DNA of 64,000 nucleotides from Akkermansia sp. (GTDB lineage Bacteria; Verrucomicrobiota; Verrucomicrobiia; Verrucomicrobiales; Akkermansiaceae): NCBI GenBank assembly GCA_024405455.1, contig JAKSOT010000002.1, positions 166 to 64,165 of the forward strand, read 5' to 3'. Shown piece by piece: positions 57,298 to 64,000 of this stretch (position 1 is its first letter; each line of letters starts with the position of its first letter). The notes under the pieces were generated by a model. It saw only the letters and a program-made list of their open reading frames with translations, ran no database searches and was not told where the DNA came from. The position numbers and the translations under genes were made by a program.

Positions 57298-58001
57298 CAC
57301 AGGTTGTACTTGTCCACAAAATCCTTCAGGTCGGAATCCTTGCCGAACAGCACCAGGATGTCGCACGCCAGGAACTCCAGGTTGCCGTCCGGCGTGTCGA
57401 TGACAGGTGATTCCGGCTCCGCGAGCACGTCGTCGCTGCCCTGCTGCTCCACGGGCATGCCGCGGCGCACGGTCAGCAGGTTCAGGCGGTATTCCTGGCG
57501 CAGACCCACTTCCGCGAGCTTTTTGCCCACCCATTCCGCGGGGAGCTTCACTTCCGCCAGCGAGTGGGTGGAGTCAATCTTGCGGACGCTGACCATGCCG
57601 TCGTTGACGAGCCTGCTGCAGAGCTGCTTGGCGGCCACCTCCTCCACGCGGAAGACATCGTTGATGCCGATGAGCTTGAGGACGCGGGCCTGGAGGTCGT
57701 TCACGCTGCGGACGAACATCCTCTGCACGCCGAGCTCCTTGAGCTGGGCGGTGACGAGGATGTTGCGCTCGTACTGCTCGCCGATGGTGACGATGACGCA
57801 GGTGTTCTTGTCCGTGAGGTTGAGCTGGCGCAGCACGCGGATGTCGGTGGCGTCCCCCACGAGGGGGTTGGCCACGATGTCCTTGATGGGCGTGATGTTG
57901 GTCTCGCGGATGTCCAGCGCGGTCACCTCGAAGCCGAGGTCGGTGAGGTAGAGCGCGAGGGCGCGTCCGAACTGTCCGATGCCGATGATAACGAAGTTCA
58001 T
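57297..58001 (-). CDS. trkA: Trk/Ktr potassium uptake regulatory subunit (RCK_N + RCK_C)
   Basis: IIGIGQFG, VGDATD, RQEYRLNLLTVRR, DILVLFG. Confidence 0.88.
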   Translation of the reverse strand: MNFVIIGIGQFGRALALYLTDLGFEVTALDIRETNITPIKDIVANPLVGDATDIRVLRQLNLTDKNTCVIVTIGEQYERNILVTAQLKELGVQRMFVRSVNDLQARVLKLIGINDVFRVEEVAAKQLCSRLVNDGMVSVRKIDSTHSLAEVKLPAEWVGKKLAEVGLRQEYRLNLLTVRRGMPVEQQGSDDVLAEPESPVIDTPDGNLEFLACDILVLFGKDSDLKDFVDKYNL

Positions 58002-58018
58002 GGTGAATGCGGGGGTGG

Positions 58019-59803
58019 TTAGTTAAGGGGGAGTCTTGTTTCCGGGTAGCGGAGGGGAGCGGGGTCTTTCTGCTTGATGAAGATGAGCATGAAGGTGAAC
58101 ATGCCGACGCGGCCGAAAAGCATGTTGAGCGCCACGATGCAGCGCGAGACGGGGGAAAGGTGCGGGGCCACGCCCAAGTCAAACCCGGTGGTGGTGTACG
58201 CGCTCACCTCTAGGAAGAGCATGCGCAGCGCGCCCTGCGGGTCCTTGGCAATCCCCGGCTCCAGCAGCAGCAGCAGCATGGTGGTGGCCACAATCCAGAA
58301 GATGGACAGCACCACGGTGGCCATGGCGCGCTCCACCGTGCCGCGCGCTATGCGGCGCCCGTGCATCTCCACGTCATGCTGGCCGCGCAGCACGCGCCAC
58401 ACCTCCAGCAGGCACAGGCAGAACACAGGCGCGTACACGCCGCCGCCCGTGCCCGCCGGGTTGCCGCCCACAAACATCATCAGGCACAGGAAGGTCTTGT
58501 ACACCGGCCCGAAGGTGTCCATGTCCGACAAATTGAACCCTGCGGAGCGGCTCACGGAGTTCCAGAATGCCTCCCACACGCTGTACAGGCCGCCGGCGTG
58601 GGAGGAGGGTTCCAGCATGCCCAACAGGGAGAGCACCACCGTGCCCGCCAGCAGCACCGTCACGGTCACGCGCAGCACAAACCACGAGTGCGTGCTCCAG
58701 CGGCGCGGGATGCGCCTGCGGTGCAGGTGCGCGCGGATGCGTTCCAGGATTTCCAGGTATACGCCGAAACCGAGCGTGCCCACCAGCATCATGACAATCA
58801 TCACGCCCTGCGCGCCGAAGTTGCCCTGCACGCCGAGGTGGCTCATGCCGTCCGGGAAAAGCGTGATGCCGGCGTTGCAGAAGGCGGACACGGCATGGAA
58901 CACGGCGTAGCCCAGCAGGTGCTCTTGCGGGATGCCGGGGGTGCCCTGCCACAGGTAGTACAGGAACGCCGCACCCACCAGCTCCGTGGCCACGGTCACG
59001 CTGAAGACGGTCTTCAACAGGCTGCCGATGTTCACTCCCTGCTGGTCCAGCACGCCGGACATGGTCATGCTGTCGCGCACGGCCAGGCGGCGGCCCAGCA
59101 TGAGCAGCACCATGTAGGTGAAGGTCATCACGCCCACGGCGCCCACCTGGATATCGATGAGCAGCACCACCTTGCCCGCCGTGGTGAAGGTTTGCGCCAT
59201 GTTCACGCAGTCCAGCCCGGTGATGGAGGTGGCGGACGCGCAGGAGAACAGGGCCTGCGTGAGGGAAATGGGGTGGTGCGTGGCCCCCGGCGTGAGCATC
59301 ACCAGCGTGCTCACGAACACCAGGGCCAGCATGTAGGTGAAGAAGGTGACCGCCGGACTCCACCAGGTGGCGCGCCCGCGCACGATGCTATGGCGGCGCG
59401 CCCGCCTGTGCAGGTAGCCGCGGATGGCCGCGAACCCGCCGATGCCCAGGCAGCAGCCCGCGTGCGCCCATCCCAGCCAGCTGTGGACATATCCCGCGTA
59501 CGGCAGCGCAAAGAGCGCGGCTGATGCCGCTGCAAACGCCATCTGCACCCACAGCAGGCGCCCCGGCAGGCGCCGGAACACCAGCTCGCGCACAAAGTGC
59601 GCCAGCACGGCGGCCGCGTTGAACCACACCAGCCCGCTCAACATCACGTACGTGCCGCGGATGAAGCGCTGTTGGGGGTCGTCCTCCCCACCGCCTTGGA
59701 AAAACACTATCCAAAGCAGGACAAAAAGGACAAGCGCGCCGGAGATGATTTCCGGCAGCTCAAGCACGCGATTGTGCCGCTCTCTCTGGGAGCTGAACGC
59801 CAT
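58019..59803 (-). CDS. trkH: Trk/Ktr potassium uptake membrane subunit with extra N-terminal TM helices
   Basis: SATSITGL, IQVGAVGVMT, SAFCNAGIT, VSRSAGF, MFVGGNPAGTGGG, SAYTTTG, LFGRVG. The ORF track extension to 61939 is an antisense shadow. Confidence 0.9.
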   Translation of the reverse strand: MAFSSQRERHNRVLELPEIISGALVLFVLLWIVFFQGGGEDDPQQRFIRGTYVMLSGLVWFNAAAVLAHFVRELVFRRLPGRLLWVQMAFAAASAALFALPYAGYVHSWLGWAHAGCCLGIGGFAAIRGYLHRRARRHSIVRGRATWWSPAVTFFTYMLALVFVSTLVMLTPGATHHPISLTQALFSCASATSITGLDCVNMAQTFTTAGKVVLLIDIQVGAVGVMTFTYMVLLMLGRRLAVRDSMTMSGVLDQQGVNIGSLLKTVFSVTVATELVGAAFLYYLWQGTPGIPQEHLLGYAVFHAVSAFCNAGITLFPDGMSHLGVQGNFGAQGVMIVMMLVGTLGFGVYLEILERIRAHLHRRRIPRRWSTHSWFVLRVTVTVLLAGTVVLSLLGMLEPSSHAGGLYSVWEAFWNSVSRSAGFNLSDMDTFGPVYKTFLCLMMFVGGNPAGTGGGVYAPVFCLCLLEVWRVLRGQHDVEMHGRRIARGTVERAMATVVLSIFWIVATTMLLLLLEPGIAKDPQGALRMLFLEVSAYTTTGFDLGVAPHLSPVSRCIVALNMLFGRVGMFTFMLIFIKQKDPAPLRYPETRLPLN

Positions 59804-59944
59804 GCGCACGCAACATAGCACATTTGCCCGCCTTTGGCAAGTGCGGGCTTGCGCGGCGCCCCGGGGCCGTGTGCGTGACATTTGTTTCGGTTTCCTTAAC
59901 ATTCGCCTTGAATATTGTCCAAACGGGGGTATGATGGAACGCGC

Positions 59945-61933
59945 ATGAGGGGAGTGGTGCTCCAGGCGTGTTTGGCAATGCTGCCGCTGCTGCTGGCGGC
60001 GGCGGAGCCGTTGCCCGTCTCCATACCGGAGCCGGTTTTGCAACCCGCCGCGCAGCGCGACCAGGTGCTGGTGCTGGGCTACGGGCGTCTCACCGCGCAG
60101 GGAGGGCAGGGGACGATGGCCGCGGAGACCTTTGCGCGGCAGATGGACTACCTCCAAGAGCACGGCATGCGCCCGATTTCCCTGCAGGCGTACCTGGACT
60201 GGCGCGACGGGCGTCTCAGCCTGCCGACGGGCTGCGTGCTCATCACGCTTGACGAGGCGGACAGGGGGGCGTACGAGGTGGCCTACCCCATCCTGCGCCG
60301 CCACAAGTACCCCTACGTGGTGTTCGTGGACGCGCACAACCTGTCGATGGGTGACGCGGAGCACGCCACACTGCCGCAGCTGCAGGAGATGGCCATGCAC
60401 GGCGCGGAAATCGGCAGCCTCACCATGAACCGACCGGAAAGCTACGAATGGCAGTTCGCCGCAATGTCCGGCGAAAGGGAATTCACTGCGCTGGCGGAGC
60501 GTGAGCTCGGCAACTCCACGCGTAGCATCGCCGCCGCGTTCCACACCTGCCGCGCCTTCTCCTACCCACGCGGCGTGGCGGAGGACAACCTCGCACGCGC
60601 CCTGCCGCAATACGGTATTCAGGTGGCTTTCGGCGCGCAGGGCGGAGCCTCGCGCAGGAACACCCCCGCCTTCAAGCAGCACCGCTTCATGGTGACGGAT
60701 CAGGATTCCTTCAACCGCGCCGTGAATTCCGGCTACGTGGAAAAGCCCGCGCCGCCTGCGGATGCGGAATCCCTGCTGGTGCCCGTGGAGACGGACACGC
60801 CTGAGCAGCCGCAGCAGCCCGCCGTGGCATTCGAGGACGACGACGTGGCGGAGGAGGTGGACGAGCCGGAAACGGCGGCAACGCCGCAACCCGCGACGGA
60901 AGTGGAAGTGCAGGACCCGTACCCGCAGGTGGCTCCCGTCTATGAGAACCTGGGACGCCGCACGCCGGGTGGCGACTGGGTGACGAGCCGCTTCGCCGCG
61001 CCTCTCGTGGAACGCGGGCGCACGCGCGTGGCTGTGCTCGGCTACCACAACTTCAGCAACTCCAAGCCCGCCACGGAAATGCGCATGCACACCTCCGAAT
61101 TCTGCCAGCAGATGCAGTACATCAAGGATGCAGGGCTGAGCGTCGTCACCATGCAGGACTTCCTGGAATGGCTCAACGGCACGCGCCGCCTGCCGGAGCG
61201 CTGCGTGCTCATCACCATCGACGACGGCTGGAAGAGCGTGTACACGGACGCCTTCCCCGTGCTGCGCGCGTACGGCTACCCGTTCACCATGTTCCTTTAC
61301 ACCACCTACATCGATGTGCAGGGGGACTCTATGACCGTGCGCCAGATTCAGGCCATGCAGCGCTGCGGCGCCACCATCGGCAGCCACTCCGCCAACCACC
61401 TCTACCCCAAGAAGTGGAAGCGCTACGCCATGGAGTCGGAACAATACCTGAACCAGCTGCAGGTGGAGTTCCTGGATTCCCGCGCCCGCCTGGTGGAGCT
61501 GTTCGGCAACTGCTCCACCTACTGCTTCCCCGGCGGCTACAACACCCCGCCCATGCTGGACACCCTCGCCGCCTCCGACTACCAGGCCGCCTTCACCGTG
61601 GAGGAGGCCAAGGTGGAATGTACGGAGAACCGCTTCCTTGTCCACCGCTATATGGTCTTCGGCACCGACCACAACATCTTCCGCCGCGCCGTGAATTTTG
61701 ACGGCGAGGCCGGCATCCGCACCACACGAGAGGGCATCCAGGCCGCCCTGCCGCGCGCCATGAAATTCTTCCCGCACGCCTTCCCGAAACCGGAACCCAA
61801 GCCCGCGCCGAAGCCGCAGCCCAAGCCCGTGCGCAGGCAGGTGCAGCCCGCTCCACCAGTGCCCGCCCAGCCCCGGCCGGAACCTGTGCCCGTGTCCATC
61901 CCCGTGTCCGTGCCCATGGGGGATTTCCGTTGA
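59945..61933 (+). CDS. Secreted protein with two tandem polysaccharide deacetylase (CE4, IcaB/PgaB-like) domains
   Basis: Domain 2: LGYHNF, LITIDDGW, IGSHSANH, FPGG. Domain 1 is homologous but degenerate. Acidic linker and Pro-rich tail. Confidence 0.85.
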   Translation: MRGVVLQACLAMLPLLLAAAEPLPVSIPEPVLQPAAQRDQVLVLGYGRLTAQGGQGTMAAETFARQMDYLQEHGMRPISLQAYLDWRDGRLSLPTGCVLITLDEADRGAYEVAYPILRRHKYPYVVFVDAHNLSMGDAEHATLPQLQEMAMHGAEIGSLTMNRPESYEWQFAAMSGEREFTALAERELGNSTRSIAAAFHTCRAFSYPRGVAEDNLARALPQYGIQVAFGAQGGASRRNTPAFKQHRFMVTDQDSFNRAVNSGYVEKPAPPADAESLLVPVETDTPEQPQQPAVAFEDDDVAEEVDEPETAATPQPATEVEVQDPYPQVAPVYENLGRRTPGGDWVTSRFAAPLVERGRTRVAVLGYHNFSNSKPATEMRMHTSEFCQQMQYIKDAGLSVVTMQDFLEWLNGTRRLPERCVLITIDDGWKSVYTDAFPVLRAYGYPFTMFLYTTYIDVQGDSMTVRQIQAMQRCGATIGSHSANHLYPKKWKRYAMESEQYLNQLQVEFLDSRARLVELFGNCSTYCFPGGYNTPPMLDTLAASDYQAAFTVEEAKVECTENRFLVHRYMVFGTDHNIFRRAVNFDGEAGIRTTREGIQAALPRAMKFFPHAFPKPEPKPAPKPQPKPVRRQVQPAPPVPAQPRPEPVPVSIPVSVPMGDFR

Positions 61934-61964
61934 CTTCACGCCGCGGAAAGCCTATAGTGGGGGC

Positions 61965-62684
61965 ATGAGCAATACCGATACTGCTGTTGAAAATCCCTCT
62001 CCCTCCCTGCCGTGCCTGACGACGGCGCGCGTGCTTTCCTCCTTCATGGCGGGCATCGCCATCAGCCTGGGCGGAACCGTGTTCCTGCGCGTGAAGGACG
62101 CCTTCCCCGGCGGCACGGTGGTGGGTTCCTTCCTGTTCGCCGTGGGCCTGTTCGTGGTGTGCACGCGCAGCTATTCCCTGTACACGGGCAAGCTGTGCTA
62201 CGTGCTGCACAAGGGGCCGTCCTACGCGGCGCGCCTGCTGCTGATATGGCTGGGCAACCTGGCGGGCTGCATGTTCATGGGCGCCATCGAGAACCTCACC
62301 GCCGTCTGCGGGGATGCCGGCATCAACGCCGCCGCCTTGAAGCTCTGCGAGGCCAAGCTCGACAGCGCACCCGTCTCCCTCTTCATCCTCGGCATCATCT
62401 GCAACGTCTTCATGTACATCGCCGTCAACGGCTACCGCGAAAACCCACACCAGCTCGGCAAGTACCTCGCCATCATATTCGGCGTCATGGGCTTCATTTG
62501 CGCCGGTAGCGAACACAGCATCGCCGACATGTACTACTTCTGCGTCTCCGGCGCCATCTACTCCAACCCCGGCCCCGTCCTCTGGGCTCTCCTCTTCATC
62601 TCCCTGGGCAACTTCGTCGGCGGCAACCTACTCCCCGCCCTCGAAATCATCTCCAAGAAGCTCAACTCCGGCCAACAGGACTAG
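61965..62684 (+). CDS. Formate/nitrite transporter (FNT) family channel
   Basis: AGIAISLGG, LFAVGL, SLYTGK, GNLAG, ICNVFMYIAV, GSEHSIADMYY, GNFVGG. Confidence 0.92.
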   Translation: MSNTDTAVENPSPSLPCLTTARVLSSFMAGIAISLGGTVFLRVKDAFPGGTVVGSFLFAVGLFVVCTRSYSLYTGKLCYVLHKGPSYAARLLLIWLGNLAGCMFMGAIENLTAVCGDAGINAAALKLCEAKLDSAPVSLFILGIICNVFMYIAVNGYRENPHQLGKYLAIIFGVMGFICAGSEHSIADMYYFCVSGAIYSNPGPVLWALLFISLGNFVGGNLLPALEIISKKLNSGQQD

Positions 62685-62806
62685 CGGTTGGATTGGGGGG
62701 ATAAATCCCAAATCCTACATCATTGCCATCCCATACAAACGCTCTCATAGGTTCGCTGCCACCAAATGCCCACCCCACCCCGCGCCGCATGGCGCGCGAA
62801 CTCTTT

Positions 62807-62839
62807 CCTAATCCTAATCCTAATCTTAATCCTAATTCC
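62807..62839. repeat. CCTAAT hexamer tandem repeat (5 copies), just downstream of the integrase stop
   Basis: cctaat cctaat cctaat cttaat cctaat tcc. Confidence 0.8.
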
Positions 62840-62843
62840 GAGG

Positions 62844-63851
62844 TTACACGCGGAAATAGCGCAGGGCTGACGCTTCGTTTGTTTTCCCCGCATACACGTA
62901 CCGCGTACGCAGCAGGGAGGAATCTCGGTGGCCCATCTCTAGCTGCAACGCCGCAAAATTCCTGAAATGCGCGGCGTGGTAGGTGGCGAATGTATGGCGG
63001 CAGACATCCTGCCGCCAGGGATGGGCGGTTTCCTTGCTCCACCCCGCCGCCTTGCGCAAGGCCCGCCACCGCTGCACCCAGCGGCGCGGGATGTCATGCC
63101 GCAGGGCGTCGATGTTCCCGCAGCGCAGCGGCACCACGCGCCCGCCGCCCGTCTTGCTGGTGGTGGGCCGCACCACCACGCGCTGGTTCTGCCAATCGAT
63201 GTCGCGTTCAGGATCAATCCGGCTCACCTCCGTGGGGCGGATGCCGCAGTACAGCATCAGGTGCAACGACAACTGCATCTCTTGGTGTTCCGGCAGCTGC
63301 GCCGCCGCTTCCAGACGCTCCACTTCCTCAATCGTCAGCGGCTCTATCGGCTTCTCCACCACCTCCGGCACTTCTACTCGCGTGACCGGGTTGGAGTCGC
63401 ACCAATCGTGCCGAATCGCCGTGGAAAACACCCCGCTCAATATCGCTCGCGCCTTCCGATACTGCGCCGCGCTCCCGCCGAACGCCGTTTCCAGATACCG
63501 CCGGCAATCTTCCGACGTAACACTCCGCACCCGCCGCTCCCCCAGCCCCGGATTCATCTTCATCATCCGCTTGCAAAGATACCTGAAATCCACAATCGAC
63601 CGCGCCCGTAGTCCCTTCCGCTTCCTATCCTCCAGCGCCGTTTCCACGGCCTTGGCAAACGTCACAGTCCTTTCCCGCTTCCTCATTTCCTCTGCCCCCA
63701 ATCGCACGCACTCCCGCGCGCGCCTAACCCGTCCCCGCCCGCACTCCAAAGCCTCCTTGGCCACCAACGCAGCCTCCAGCACATCTATACCAGTTGACCG
63801 CAGCACTTCCAGCGCGGCGCTATCGATTTCGTTAATCTCTTTCGTCTTCAT
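62844..63851 (-). CDS. Phage-integrase-family tyrosine recombinase (likely mobile-element associated)
   Basis: Core-binding domain then CGIRPTEV, SKTGGGRVVPL, DVCRHTFATYH, EMGH, LRTRY; lower GC than neighbouring genes. Confidence 0.88.
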   Translation of the reverse strand: MKTKEINEIDSAALEVLRSTGIDVLEAALVAKEALECGRGRVRRARECVRLGAEEMRKRERTVTFAKAVETALEDRKRKGLRARSIVDFRYLCKRMMKMNPGLGERRVRSVTSEDCRRYLETAFGGSAAQYRKARAILSGVFSTAIRHDWCDSNPVTRVEVPEVVEKPIEPLTIEEVERLEAAAQLPEHQEMQLSLHLMLYCGIRPTEVSRIDPERDIDWQNQRVVVRPTTSKTGGGRVVPLRCGNIDALRHDIPRRWVQRWRALRKAAGWSKETAHPWRQDVCRHTFATYHAAHFRNFAALQLEMGHRDSSLLRTRYVYAGKTNEASALRYFRV

Positions 63852-64000
63852 GGCTTCCGTATTCGGTATGGGTAGTCAAGCAGTTTTTTCAAAAATCTTC
63901 AATGGCTCGGCACTAAGCCGCATAAGGCTACCGCATGTGGGCAACCAAGGCGTGATAGGGCTGTTCGCTGCGTAGTGTAGCACGCGATAACATTTGAAGC

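Noticed and set aside
59804-61939. N-terminal 712 aa of the 1306-aa track ORF fused to trkH
   Set aside because: Antisense to the deacetylase gene; trkH has its own promoter and ATG at 59803.
63911-63945. dif-like site (gccgcataa-ggctac...) near the integrase
   Set aside because: Only a partial XerC-arm resemblance; no TTATGTTAAAT XerD arm.

Overview
High-GC chromosomal window, most likely from an Akkermansia-like verrucomicrobium. This is inferred from the MKLHLP-leader/PEP-CTERM giant proteins, the TIGR03790-like gene and the Akkermansia-style tyrosine recombinase. Housekeeping genes include cobA/hemD-hemA, hrpA, aguB, ffh, a cysJ-like flavoprotein, lptF/G, cdaA, a bioD-like gene, xerC, trkAH and an FNT channel. 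They surround a surface-protein-rich region. The dominant feature is a 23-kb tandem pair of giant genes (3381 and 4340 aa). Each encodes an intact IgA1-protease/SPATE-type (S6) serine protease domain on a long beta-helical, modular stalk, and each ends in a PEP-CTERM sorting signal rather than an autotransporter beta-barrel. Other notable items: (1) a feoA-feoB-Cys-rich peptide-OprB porin operon with two GTTAG-N6-CTAAC operators, whose FeoB carries a permuted DUF805-like insertion; (2) a fucosidase-pseudokinase-ankyrin lipoprotein operon; (3) a ~400-bp nested inverted-repeat (MITE/REPIN-like) element; (4) dispersed AATCC heptamer tracts and a duplicated perfect palindrome; (5) a miniature CdaR-like gene; (6) many promoters whose -10 box lies 6-9 nt before the start codon, consistent with leaderless mRNAs. 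No rRNA, tRNA or CRISPR array was detected. Family assignments come from motif recognition only; no database searches were run.
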